In this document: piece by piece, positions 46,320-55,782 of the stretch
How positions within the stretch are numbered: the first letter of the stretch is position 1
How the letters are laid out: the number at the start of each line of letters is the position of its first letter
Origin: an uncultured Acidobacteriota bacterium
Lineage (GTDB): Bacteria > Acidobacteriota > Vicinamibacteria > Fen-336
NCBI GenBank assembly: GCA_963720545.1
Contig: OY970399.1
Location: forward strand, 3,936,001 to 4,000,000
DNA: 64,000 nt
Direction of reading: 5' to 3'
Program-made: the position numbers and the translations under genes
Notes under the pieces: model-generated
What the model saw: only the letters and a program-made list of their open reading frames with translations
What the model was told of the DNA's origin: nothing
Databases searched by the model: none

Positions 46320-46991
46320 ATGTCGAGCATCCCGGCTCTCGAGAGGGAGAGGCCGCGCCAGCGTCTCCGCCGCCTGGGGACGAACGCGCTGTCCACCGCC
46401 GACCTGGTCGCTCTCATCCTTGGCAGCCCGCGCGCCGAGGCCGCCGAACACGTGGGCCGCGCACTCTCCGGTCGCGGACTGCACGCACTGGCCGACCTCG
46501 AGCTCGACGACCTGCGACGCGAGCACGGCATCGGCCCGGTCAAGGCGAGCCGCCTGATCGCGGCGATGGAGCTGGGAGTGCGCCTCGCCACCGCCAGCGA
46601 CGACCCGTCGCCAACACTGCGCACGCCCGAAGAAGCGGCCGCCTACCTGCTGCCGCGTTATTCACGGCGGCCGGTGGAAACTTTCGGCATGCTGGCGCTC
46701 GACGTGCGCCAGCGACTGCGGCGCGAGCGCGTCGTTTCGGTGGGCACGCTCACCAGCAGCCTGGTGCACCCGCGCGAAGTCTTCCGCGAGGCGGTGGCGG
46801 CGCGCGCCGCCGCCATCATCGTGTTCCACAACCATCCCTCCGGCGACCCCGAACCGTCCGCCGAAGACCGAGCGCTCACGCTGCGCCTGCGCAAGGCCGG
46901 CGAAGTGATGGGCATCGAGGTCGCCGATCACCTCATCCTCGGCGCCGGACGCTACGTCAGCCTGCGCGCCCGCGGCGGCTTCTTCACATGA
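46320..46991 (+). CDS. radC: RadC / JAB domain protein
   Basis: ATG 46320; RPRQRL...G..ALS..DL, HhH GIGPVKA, VHPREVF, HNHPSGDPEPSAED. Confidence 0.95.
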   Translation: MSSIPALERERPRQRLRRLGTNALSTADLVALILGSPRAEAAEHVGRALSGRGLHALADLELDDLRREHGIGPVKASRLIAAMELGVRLATASDDPSPTLRTPEEAAAYLLPRYSRRPVETFGMLALDVRQRLRRERVVSVGTLTSSLVHPREVFREAVAARAAAIIVFHNHPSGDPEPSAEDRALTLRLRKAGEVMGIEVADHLILGAGRYVSLRARGGFFT

Positions 46992-47010
46992 GTGCTGCTA
47001 ACCTTTCCCG

Positions 47011-48918
47011 GTGACGAGGCCGCTCTCTCCCGCGTACATCACCACCCCCATCTACTACGTGAACGACGTGCCGCACGTCGGCCACGCGTACACCACGATC
47101 GCCGCCGACGTGGTCACGCGCGCGCGCAAGCTGCGCGGCATCGACGCCTTCATGCTGACGGGCACCGATGAGCACGGCCAGAACATCGAGCGGGTGGCGC
47201 GCGAGCGCGGCGTGAGCGAGCAGCAGCATAGCGACGAGATCGCGGCGAAGTTCAAGGCGCTCTGGGCACGGTACGACATCGCCTACGACGGCTTCATTCG
47301 CACCACCGACGACCTTCACCGCCGCGGCGTGCTGAAGCTGTGGGACCGGCTGGTGGCCGCGAAGACTCCGGACGGACGGCCGGCGATCTACACCGCGATG
47401 TACTCCGGCTGGTACTGCTCGCGCTGCGAAGCCTTCTACGACGAGGAGGAGCTGAAGCAGCCGGGCAACGTCTGCCCCGACCATGAACTGCCGGTGGAGT
47501 GGACCGAGGAGGAGAACTACTTCTTCCGCCTCTCGGCCTACTCCGCCTGGCTGCGCGACGAAATCGTCTCCGGCCGCATCGCCATCGAGCCGCAGGTGCG
47601 CAGGAACGAAGTGGTGTCGCTCATCGACCAGGGGCTGCGCGACTTCAGCGCCAGCCGCGCGCGCGTGAAGTGGGGCATCCCGGTGCCGGGCCAGCCCGAC
47701 CACGTCCTTTATGTATGGATCGACGCGCTCTCGAACTACATCACCGCGCTGGGATTTGCCGACGACGCGCCGCTCTACGAGCGCTACTGGAATGGCGACG
47801 GCGAGCGCATGCACCTCGTCGGCAAGGACATCATTCGTTTCCATTGCCTCTATTGGCCGGCGGTGCTGCACGCCGCGGGCGTGAAACCGCCGAATCGCAT
47901 CTTCGTGCAGGGACACATCACGAAAAACGGCAAGCGCCTGTCGAAGACCACCGGCAACGTCATCGACCCCGATGCGCTCGTCACCCAGTACGGCCCCGAT
48001 GCGGTGCGCTATTTCCTGATGCGCGAGGGCACCTACGGGCACGACTGGGACTTCACCGACCAGGCGTTCATCACCCGTTTCAACGCCGACCTCGCGAACG
48101 ACATCGGCAACCTGGTGTCGCGTGTCGTCACCATGGCGCACCGCTTCGGCGGCGGCGCCGTGCCCGTGCAGGGGGCAGCCAAGGCTTCGCTCGACGCCGA
48201 GGCCATCCTCGACCGCTACGAAGCGCTCGATTTCTCCGGCGCGCTCACCGACGTCTGGGCCGCGGTCGCGAAGCTCAACCTGCGCATCGTCGCCAGCGAA
48301 CCCTGGTTGATGGCGAAGGACGCCGCACGCCGCGGCGACCTCGACGCGCTCCTTTATGAACTGCTCGAGGGCGTGCGCCAGGTCGCGTTGCTGGTGTCGC
48401 CCGTGATGCCGCGCGCGTCCGAACGTATCCTGGCGACGCTCGGCGCCGCGACGCCGCGTACGCTCCCGTGGGGCGGGCTCGTTGCGGGCGCCGCACTGGG
48501 CGAAGTCCAGCCACTCTTTCCGAGGTTAGAGAAAATGACCGAAGCCGCGCCGCCCGCCGCTGCCGCAGTTCCTGCCGCCCCGGCAGCAACCGATGGGCGC
48601 ATCGACATCACCGACTTCACCAAGGTGGACCTGCGCGTGGCTAAGGTCCTCGCCGCCGAGAAGATCGCGGGCTCGAAGAAGCTGGTGCGGCTGCAGGTCG
48701 ACCTTGGCAGCGAACAGCGGCAGATCGTGGCCGGCATTGCGGAGGCCTATGAGGCCGAGGCGCTCGTCGGCCGCACCATCATGGTGGTGGCGAACCTCAA
48801 GCCGGCCAAGCTCATGGGTGTCGAATCGAACGGCATGGTGCTGGCCGCGTCGGTGGACGGCAAGGCGGTCCTCTGCGGGTTCGACAAGGACGTGGCTCCC
48901 GGCACCAAGGTGAAGTGA
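47011..48918 (+). CDS. metG: Methionine--tRNA ligase with C-terminal tRNA-binding domain
   Basis: YITTPIYYVND.PHVGH, GTDEHG, YVWIDAL, GKDIIRFH, ANLKPAKLMGVESNGM. Confidence 0.96.
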   Translation: MTRPLSPAYITTPIYYVNDVPHVGHAYTTIAADVVTRARKLRGIDAFMLTGTDEHGQNIERVARERGVSEQQHSDEIAAKFKALWARYDIAYDGFIRTTDDLHRRGVLKLWDRLVAAKTPDGRPAIYTAMYSGWYCSRCEAFYDEEELKQPGNVCPDHELPVEWTEEENYFFRLSAYSAWLRDEIVSGRIAIEPQVRRNEVVSLIDQGLRDFSASRARVKWGIPVPGQPDHVLYVWIDALSNYITALGFADDAPLYERYWNGDGERMHLVGKDIIRFHCLYWPAVLHAAGVKPPNRIFVQGHITKNGKRLSKTTGNVIDPDALVTQYGPDAVRYFLMREGTYGHDWDFTDQAFITRFNADLANDIGNLVSRVVTMAHRFGGGAVPVQGAAKASLDAEAILDRYEALDFSGALTDVWAAVAKLNLRIVASEPWLMAKDAARRGDLDALLYELLEGVRQVALLVSPVMPRASERILATLGAATPRTLPWGGLVAGAALGEVQPLFPRLEKMTEAAPPAAAAVPAAPAATDGRIDITDFTKVDLRVAKVLAAEKIAGSKKLVRLQVDLGSEQRQIVAGIAEAYEAEALVGRTIMVVANLKPAKLMGVESNGMVLAASVDGKAVLCGFDKDVAPGTKVK

Positions 48919-50303
48919 CGAAGGGGTACCGCTTCGGCTCCTTCGAGCTGTCGCTCCGGAGCCGCACGCTCACGCTCGCGGGCTTGCCGGTGCCGCTCAT
49001 CCCGCGCTACTTCGACCTGCTCGCGCTGCTCATCGCACGCCGCCACGAGGCGGTCCACCGCCGCGACATCCACCGCATCGTGTGGAGCGACGTGGTGGTG
49101 TCCGACGGCGCCCTCAGCCAGGGCATTCGCATCCTGCGCCGCGCGCTCGGCGACGTCTCGCGCGAGCCCGCCTACATTCGCACGGTGTCGCGCCACGGTT
49201 ACCAGTTCGTCTTTGCCGACGTTCGCGTCCTGGGTGACGATGATGCCGACGCCGGCCCCGCAGCGGTCACCGCCGCTCCGCGGCCGGCGCCGGAACCCGC
49301 AGACCGCACCGCGCGCATCGAGGCGGCGCTCGCGACCCTCACGGGCGCCTCGCCGGCTCCGGCCGACGGCCAATCGGACGCGGAACGCCGGCGCGACGCC
49401 GCCGAGACGCTGCACGCGCTCGGCACGTTGGAGGCGCTCGCGCGGCTGGGAACGCGCGCCGGCCACCAGCGCGCTCGTGCGCTCTTGCGCGACGTCCGGT
49501 GGGAAATGGCCGGCGCCGGCGACGTGCCGCTCTTGGGCACGCCCGGCATGTTGGGAACGGTGGCCCACCTGCTGCGTTTGCGCGTGGCGCGAGCGAGCGA
49601 AGCGGCGGCCCGGCGGTGGGCGAGCGCGGCACTCGGCGGGGCGCTCGCCGGCTTGCTCTCCGGCGCGATCGGCGGCACCTTGCTGTGGCTGGGACCGCAA
49701 TCGACCGCCGGTCCCAGCGTGCCTTTGGTGCTCGCCTGCATCGGCGCCTTCATCGGCGGCCTGGGCGCCGCCGGAATTGGCGCCGGGATCGAAGCCGCCG
49801 AAGTAGCCGTCCGCTCCAATCGCCGCCTCGCGGTGGTGATCCTCGGCGGCCTCGGCGGGGGCATCGTCGGCGCCGCCGGGCACCTGGTGGCGCTCGTCGC
49901 CCTGCAGGGAGTCTTCGGCCGCGACCTTTCGCCGGTCGGCGGCGGCATCGAGGGCCTTGGCATCGGGCTCGGCGCGGCCTTCGGCTATGCCCTCAGCACC
50001 CCGCGAGCGGGCGGCGGTCTGGCCGCGCCAAGCGGCGGCGCCCGCCTGCGCACCATGCTCGTCACCGGCATCTTCTGCGCCCTCGCCGCCTTCCTGCTGG
50101 CGGCTCGCGGCCGGTACCTGGGCGCCATGAGCCTCGACCTGCTGGCGCACGCCTTTGCCGGCTCGCAGGTAGGGCTCGAACCACTGGCGCGGCTGCTCGG
50201 CGAGGCCGAACCCGGAACCAGGACCCGCCTGCTGGTGAGCACCGGCGAGGGGTTGATGCTCGGCGCCGGCCTCGCTTTCGGCGTCACCCGCCGTCCGCGC
50301 TGA
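48915..50303 (+). CDS. One-component regulator: OmpR/CadC-type winged helix fused to a Gly-rich multi-pass membrane domain
   Basis: YRFGSFEL, VWSDVVVSDGALSQGIRILRRALGD, YIRTVSRHGYQF; no receiver domain; several C-terminal hydrophobic helices. Confidence 0.85.
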   Translation: MTKGYRFGSFELSLRSRTLTLAGLPVPLIPRYFDLLALLIARRHEAVHRRDIHRIVWSDVVVSDGALSQGIRILRRALGDVSREPAYIRTVSRHGYQFVFADVRVLGDDDADAGPAAVTAAPRPAPEPADRTARIEAALATLTGASPAPADGQSDAERRRDAAETLHALGTLEALARLGTRAGHQRARALLRDVRWEMAGAGDVPLLGTPGMLGTVAHLLRLRVARASEAAARRWASAALGGALAGLLSGAIGGTLLWLGPQSTAGPSVPLVLACIGAFIGGLGAAGIGAGIEAAEVAVRSNRRLAVVILGGLGGGIVGAAGHLVALVALQGVFGRDLSPVGGGIEGLGIGLGAAFGYALSTPRAGGGLAAPSGGARLRTMLVTGIFCALAAFLLAARGRYLGAMSLDLLAHAFAGSQVGLEPLARLLGEAEPGTRTRLLVSTGEGLMLGAGLAFGVTRRPR

Positions 50304-50333
50304 CTGCTCACCGCCTGCTCACCGTTCGCTCAT
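50304..50333 (+). promoter_or_regulatory. Triple 11-bp-periodic direct repeat (cre-tag-like) upstream of yjbQ-creD
   Basis: CTCAC(50307)-N6-CTCAC(50318)-N6-CTCAT(50329); CTGCTCACCG repeated exactly at 50304 and 50315. Confidence 0.7.
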
Positions 50334-50380
50334 GACTTTTCGGGCGCTTTGGCCCACCTTCCGCAGCCAACGGAGGATTC

Positions 50381-50866
50381 ATGAGCCAGGTCATCAGCGC
50401 GTTCCGGCGGACGGCGTTCGCCGTGCGGAACAGCTTCATAGACGTCGCCAGCACCCGTCCCGACGAGGTCATCGAGATCACCGACCGCCTGCGCCGCGAG
50501 GTGGACGTCCTGCGGCTCGTGGACGGCGTCCTCAACGTCCAGACGCTGCACACCACCACGGGCGTCATCGTCAATGAGGATGAGCCGCTGCTGCACGGCG
50601 ACCTCTCGGCCCTGTTCGAGCGGCTGGCGCCGCGCGCCGGCTCTTACCACCACGATGACCTTGCCCGGCGCACCGTCAACCTGACCGACCGCGAGCGCCG
50701 CAACGGCCACGCCCATTGCCGGGCGGCGCTGCTGCCAAGCGCCGTGGCGATCAACGTCGTCGAAGGCGCCCTGGTCCTGGGCCGCTGGCAGCGCATCCTG
50801 TTCATGGAGCATGACGGTCCGCAGCAGCGGCGGCTCTCGGTCGTCGCGATGGGAGAGGTGCGATGA
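50381..50866 (+). CDS. yjbQ: YjbQ / UPF0047 family protein
   Basis: GGAGG RBS; HTTTGVIVNE, Y.HDD, NGHAH, LGRWQRI...EHDGP. Confidence 0.9.
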   Translation: MSQVISAFRRTAFAVRNSFIDVASTRPDEVIEITDRLRREVDVLRLVDGVLNVQTLHTTTGVIVNEDEPLLHGDLSALFERLAPRAGSYHHDDLARRTVNLTDRERRNGHAHCRAALLPSAVAINVVEGALVLGRWQRILFMEHDGPQQRRLSVVAMGEVR

Positions 50867-52224
50867 GCGCCACCGATGCCACGCCATCCGTCCTCAACAG
50901 CTGGTGGTGGCTGAAGGGCTTCCTCATCGGCGCGCTGATGCTGGTGCTCGCCATCCCGCTCGCGATACTGCGCAGCCTGGTGGGCGAACGGCAGGCGCGC
51001 GCCGCGGAAGCGGTGGTCGAGATCGCGCGCTCCTCGAGCCGCGCGCAGAAGCTGACCGGGCCGTTCCTGGTGGTGCAGGAGGAGCTCACCTATCGCAACC
51101 TCGAAGCGACGAGCGAGGGGGGGCGAGACCGCACCGTGACCAAGGACCATGTGCAGGCGCGGCGCACCCTGGTGGCGCCGGCGATGCTGAAGATGGAGGG
51201 CTCGCTCAAGAGCGAGGTCCGGAGGCGCGGTTTGTTCTCGGCTGCGCTCTATCACGCAACCCTCACCGCGCAGGCCCGCCTTGCCATGCCGGCACCGCCG
51301 GCGCTCGGCAGCGAGCTGGTCGCGTACCGCGTCGCTTCGGTGCGTCTCGAGATGGGCCTCGGCGACACGCGCGGCGTCGAGCGGCTGGATGTGCGGATCG
51401 ACGGCCGCGAGCTTCCAGCCGAACCTGGAAGCGTCCTTCCGTGGCTCGGGGAAGCGGTGCACGTTTCGCTGCCGCCCGAGTTGTGGAAGCCGGCCGCGCT
51501 CGAGTGCGACCTCGCGCTCGAGCTGACCGGCACCGAGAGCCTCGCGGTGGTGCCGCTCGGCGGCGACAACGACGTGGCGCTGCGCAGCGACTGGCCACAC
51601 CCGGCTTTCGGCGGCAACTACCTGCCGGTGACGCACGAAATAGCGAAAGACGGGTTTCGCGCGCACTGGAAGGTGTCACGGCTCGCGAGCCAGGCCGGGC
51701 AGCAGCTGAGCGAGTGCGGTGCCAGCGCCACGTGTGCGTCGCTCGACAACGCGGCGTTCGTCGTGCGCTTCGTCGATCCTGTCGATCGCTACCTCAAGAC
51801 CGACCGTGCGATGAAGTACTCGATGGTGTTCCTGGTGCTGGTGTTCGGGGCGGTCTTTTTCATCGAGGTGCTGCGGCGCGTCACGGTGCACCCGATGCAG
51901 TACGTGCTCACGGGCTTCGCCGTTGCCATTTTCTTCCTGCTGCTGCTGTCGCTCGCCGAGCATGTCGGCTTCGGTGCAGCGTATGTGGTGGCGGCCGCGG
52001 CCTGCGTGGTGCTGATCGCCTCCTACATGAGCGCCGTCCTCGGCACCACCGCCGCCGGCTGGGGTTTCGGCGGGTTTCTCGCAGCACTCTACGGTCTCCT
52101 CTACGGCGTGCTGCAGTCGGAGGACTACGCCTTGCTCATGGGAACGCTCACGCTCTTCGGGTTCCTGGCCTTCATCATGATCGCGACGCGCCGCCTCAAC
52201 TGGAGCCGCATGGGGCGCAGCTAG
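50863..52224 (+). CDS. creD: Cell envelope integrity inner membrane protein CreD
   Basis: ATGA overlap; WPHPAFGG.YLP, DRAMKY, VHPMQY.L.G, LLLSLAEH, EDYALLMG, TRRLNW. Confidence 0.94.
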   Translation: MSATDATPSVLNSWWWLKGFLIGALMLVLAIPLAILRSLVGERQARAAEAVVEIARSSSRAQKLTGPFLVVQEELTYRNLEATSEGGRDRTVTKDHVQARRTLVAPAMLKMEGSLKSEVRRRGLFSAALYHATLTAQARLAMPAPPALGSELVAYRVASVRLEMGLGDTRGVERLDVRIDGRELPAEPGSVLPWLGEAVHVSLPPELWKPAALECDLALELTGTESLAVVPLGGDNDVALRSDWPHPAFGGNYLPVTHEIAKDGFRAHWKVSRLASQAGQQLSECGASATCASLDNAAFVVRFVDPVDRYLKTDRAMKYSMVFLVLVFGAVFFIEVLRRVTVHPMQYVLTGFAVAIFFLLLLSLAEHVGFGAAYVVAAAACVVLIASYMSAVLGTTAAGWGFGGFLAALYGLLYGVLQSEDYALLMGTLTLFGFLAFIMIATRRLNWSRMGRS

Positions 52225-52276
52225 GCGGGCGTCGTCCCGCTACCGGCTCGCGAGGCCGTCACGCTAAGTTAACCGC

Positions 52277-54625
52277 GTGTCTGCCTCGCGAGCGACGCTG
52301 CGGCTGCTCCTCACGGCCCTGTGCGCCAGCGCGGTCGCCGGCGCCCAGTGCCGCCGCGAGCCGCCGGTCGTTGTCTACGACCTCGTGGCGCGTCTCGCCT
52401 CGGCCGAGCGCTGGTCCTCGCGCGAGGTAGTGCTGTTCGGCACGCCCGATGCCGAACCGCATCTCGCCGACGGTTTCTATCAGGAGAACAATCCGGTGGG
52501 CGGCGCCGGCTTCGTGTGGTCGCGGAGCGAAAGCGAACTGTCGTTCACCTGGCCGGCAGCCGCCGACCGCACCGCCGTCCTGGAGATGGCGCCTTACTCG
52601 GGCGTCCACAACCAGACTGCCCAGGTCTCGTTGAACGGCACGCCGCTGGAGTCGCTGCGGCTCAACGACGCGCGCCATCGCTACCGGCTGAGCCTCCCGG
52701 CGGCGGCGCAACGTCCTGGTGAGAATCGCCTGCGCTTCACCTTCGGCGCCGACGCGTCGCCCGCTGCAAACGGCGGTGCAGCCGGCGACCAGCGCCGGCT
52801 GGCGGCCGCGTTTTACAGCGTCGTCGTCGGAGCGCGCGAAGACGCGGGCATCGACGAGCTGCTGGGACGCGCGGCTCCGTCGCCTTTTTCGATCTCGACC
52901 GATGCCTCGGGCGTGCCCGCGCTGACCCTCATCGGTCCGAGCGTCGTCCGCTACGCGCTGCGAGTGCCCAAAGGCGCTGCGTTTCGGTTCATTCCGCAGG
53001 TCCATCCGCAGGCACAGGCGGCGGGCGAGTCCGCCTCCTTCCGCGTCACGGTGGAAAGCGTGTCCGGCAACGAGCGAGTGGCCTGGTCGAAGGTGATCGG
53101 GCCCCGCGACAAGCCTGTGGAAGTGAGCGTGCCGCTCGGTGTAGACGCCGGGACGCTCGTGCGCCTCGGCCTGCACGTCGGCCCGGCTGCCGGCGGCACC
53201 GCGTCGTCACTCTCCTGGGGGACCTGGCGCGCGCCACGGATCCTCGGTGCGGCAGCGGCAACGACCGCGGCCGCTCGAACGCCCGAAGCGAAGGCGGCGG
53301 CCGACCAAATCCGGAAAGGCACCGCGGGCGGCAGCGTGCTGCTCGTGATCCTCGACGCGGCCCGTGCCCGATCGTTCGGGCTCTACGGCCATGGAGGCGG
53401 CACCACCCCGAACATCGACCGGTTCGGCGCCGAGGGAATCGTCTTCGAGCGTGCCTTCACGCCGGCGGTCTATACGCTCGCCGCGATGTCATCGGTCTGG
53501 ACCTCCCAGTATCCCGACCGCCATCACGCCGACGTCTCGTTTTCGGCGCAGCTGCCGAAGGACAAGCTGACACTCGCCGACGTCCTGAGCGCGCAGGGCA
53601 TCCGCACCGCGGGCTTCGTCGCCAACCAGGTGGCTGGTTCGTTCAACGGCTTCGACCGCGGCTTCGCGGAGTTCCAGGACGTCTGGCGCGACCATGGCAG
53701 CGGCTCGGCGGCGCTCGTTGACGCGGTAGTGCCGTGGCTCGACACGGCGATCGGCCGGCGCTTCTTCGCCTACGTCCATTTCCGCGAACCGCACGCGCCT
53801 TACGACCCGCCGCCGGCTTACGCCGCGCGCTTTCCGGCGGGAAACACCATTCCCCAGGCCGAGCGTGCTGGCAGCAACCTCGACGCCCGCGTGAAGGCGC
53901 TGAACCAGAGCCAGCGTCAGCCTGCCACAGGCGAAATCGACGCGTTGCGCGCGCTCTACGAAGGCAACCTCGCTTCGGCCGACGCGGAGTTCGGCCGGCT
54001 GCGCGCCGCACTGGAGAAACTCGGGCTCTGGGATGCGACCACCATCATCGTCACCGCCGACCACGGCGAGAGCATGTTCGAGCACGGCTTCATTGGCCAC
54101 AACACGCAGGTGTTCGACGAGAGTACGCACGTGCCGCTCGTGATCCGCTTCGCGAAAGGCGTGCACCCGGCGCAAAGCACCACGAAAAACCTCGTCGACC
54201 TGCGCGACATCGCGCCCACCATTGCCGACCTGTTCGGCGCGCTTGGGAAGGGTGGGTCCGACCGTGAGTTCACGGGCCGCTCGCTGCTCGAGCGCCTCGC
54301 GGACGGCGCCGGAGAAGAGTTCGTGCTGTCGCGCACCGTCTGGGATCGGCCGGTCTATGCGCTTCGCGACAGCGCCTTCAAGGCGATCCTCAATACCCGC
54401 ACCGGGGCGCTGCAGCTCTACGACCTGGCCGCCGATCCGCCGGAAACGAAAGACGTATCGGGGACGGACGCGATCCGCACCGCCTACTATCGCCAGGCCC
54501 TTGAAAACGCGGTGGCGCGGCTCGCCCCGGTGCGCACCGACGAAGCCTCGCGCAAGCTGACGAAGGAGCAGTGCGAGAGCCTGAAGGCGCTTGGCTATGT
54601 CGGCGCCGGGGTGAAGTGCGAGTAA
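52277..54625 (+). CDS. Large exported sulfatase-fold hydrolase/transferase
   Basis: Signal/lipoprotein-like N-terminus; ILDAAR, TPNID, HFREPHAPY, TADHGE, HVPL, LYDLAADPPE, LKALGY. Lacks the [CS]xPxR motif. Confidence 0.85.
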   Translation: MSASRATLRLLLTALCASAVAGAQCRREPPVVVYDLVARLASAERWSSREVVLFGTPDAEPHLADGFYQENNPVGGAGFVWSRSESELSFTWPAAADRTAVLEMAPYSGVHNQTAQVSLNGTPLESLRLNDARHRYRLSLPAAAQRPGENRLRFTFGADASPAANGGAAGDQRRLAAAFYSVVVGAREDAGIDELLGRAAPSPFSISTDASGVPALTLIGPSVVRYALRVPKGAAFRFIPQVHPQAQAAGESASFRVTVESVSGNERVAWSKVIGPRDKPVEVSVPLGVDAGTLVRLGLHVGPAAGGTASSLSWGTWRAPRILGAAAATTAAARTPEAKAAADQIRKGTAGGSVLLVILDAARARSFGLYGHGGGTTPNIDRFGAEGIVFERAFTPAVYTLAAMSSVWTSQYPDRHHADVSFSAQLPKDKLTLADVLSAQGIRTAGFVANQVAGSFNGFDRGFAEFQDVWRDHGSGSAALVDAVVPWLDTAIGRRFFAYVHFREPHAPYDPPPAYAARFPAGNTIPQAERAGSNLDARVKALNQSQRQPATGEIDALRALYEGNLASADAEFGRLRAALEKLGLWDATTIIVTADHGESMFEHGFIGHNTQVFDESTHVPLVIRFAKGVHPAQSTTKNLVDLRDIAPTIADLFGALGKGGSDREFTGRSLLERLADGAGEEFVLSRTVWDRPVYALRDSAFKAILNTRTGALQLYDLAADPPETKDVSGTDAIRTAYYRQALENAVARLAPVRTDEASRKLTKEQCESLKALGYVGAGVKCE

Positions 54626-54650
54626 AATTGCCGGGCAAAAGGAACCGCCC

Positions 54651-55772
54651 ATGGCCACCCTGACCAACACGCGCCCCGGCCTCAGTGCTGGTGTCATGAC
54701 GCTGCCGGGCCGCTACTATTCCGACCCCGCGGTTTTCAACGCGGAGATGGACCGCATCCACCATGCGATGTGGCTCTGCGCCGGACGCGAAGAGCAGATC
54801 AGGGAGCCGGGCCAGTACTTCGTCCGCCAGATCGGCAACGCCAACATCGTCATCCTGCGCGAGCAGGGCGGCACGCTGCGGGCATTCCACAACGTCTGCC
54901 GGCACCGCGGCACCATGCTGTGCCACGGCCTCGAAGGCAAGCTGCCCGGCAAGATCCGCTGCGCGTACCACGGCTGGACATACGGACTCGACGGCCGCCT
55001 CATGGGCGCGCCGCACATGGAGAAGGTGGAAGGCTTCCGGGACACCGACTACCCGCTGCACTCGGTCGCGGTGGACATCTGGGACGGTCACATCTTCATC
55101 AACCTCGCACAGAAGCCGCTGCCGCTCCTCGAGCAGCTCGCCGATCTGCCGTCGAAGTTCGCGTCGTGGGGGATGGCCGGCCTGCAGCTCGTGGAGCGCA
55201 AGATCTATCACCTGCAGGCGAACTGGAAGCTCGTCATCCAGAACTACTCGGAGTGCCTGCACTGTCCCGTGGCGCACCCGCAGCTGAAGGAGTTCTCGCA
55301 CTACATGAGCGGCGAGAACGACCCGCCGCAGCCCACGTATGTGGGCGGCTTCATGAGCCTGCAGCCGAACGTGCCGACGATGGGTTCGCTCGGCACCGAC
55401 ACGCGCAAGCCGTTCCCGGGCCTGTCCGCGGAGAATGCGCGCCGCGTCTACTACTACGCGGTGCTGCCGAACCTGCTCCTCAACCTGCACCCCGACTACA
55501 TGATGACGCTGACCCTGTGGCCGCTGGCGGCCGACCGCACCGACGTCGTCTGCGAATGGCACTTCCATCCCGACGCCGTCGCGCAGCCCGGCTTCGACCC
55601 GTCGGGCGCGATCGAATTCTGGGACATCACCAACAAGCAGGACTGGGAGCTGTCCGACCTCGCGCAGCGCGGCATCTCTTCGAAGGGCTACACACCCGGG
55701 CCGTATTCGAATCGCGAGGAGCTGCTGCACGCGCTCGACGCCTGGGTGGTGGAGCGGCTCGGCGGCGCCTAG
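54651..55772 (+). CDS. Rieske oxygenase alpha subunit (choline/glycine-betaine/aromatic type)
   Basis: NVCRHRG...CAYHGW Rieske motif; NWK...NYSECLHC...HP iron site; QD. Confidence 0.92.
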   Translation: MATLTNTRPGLSAGVMTLPGRYYSDPAVFNAEMDRIHHAMWLCAGREEQIREPGQYFVRQIGNANIVILREQGGTLRAFHNVCRHRGTMLCHGLEGKLPGKIRCAYHGWTYGLDGRLMGAPHMEKVEGFRDTDYPLHSVAVDIWDGHIFINLAQKPLPLLEQLADLPSKFASWGMAGLQLVERKIYHLQANWKLVIQNYSECLHCPVAHPQLKEFSHYMSGENDPPQPTYVGGFMSLQPNVPTMGSLGTDTRKPFPGLSAENARRVYYYAVLPNLLLNLHPDYMMTLTLWPLAADRTDVVCEWHFHPDAVAQPGFDPSGAIEFWDITNKQDWELSDLAQRGISSKGYTPGPYSNREELLHALDAWVVERLGGA

Positions 55773-55782
55773 CGCCATCAGG

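Noticed and set aside
45436..46991. CPBP/Abi plus RadC as an anti-phage defence locus
   Set aside because: CPBP is the CAAX-protease type and radC is the full-length chromosomal form next to metG; no E1/E2, nuclease or other defence genes nearby.
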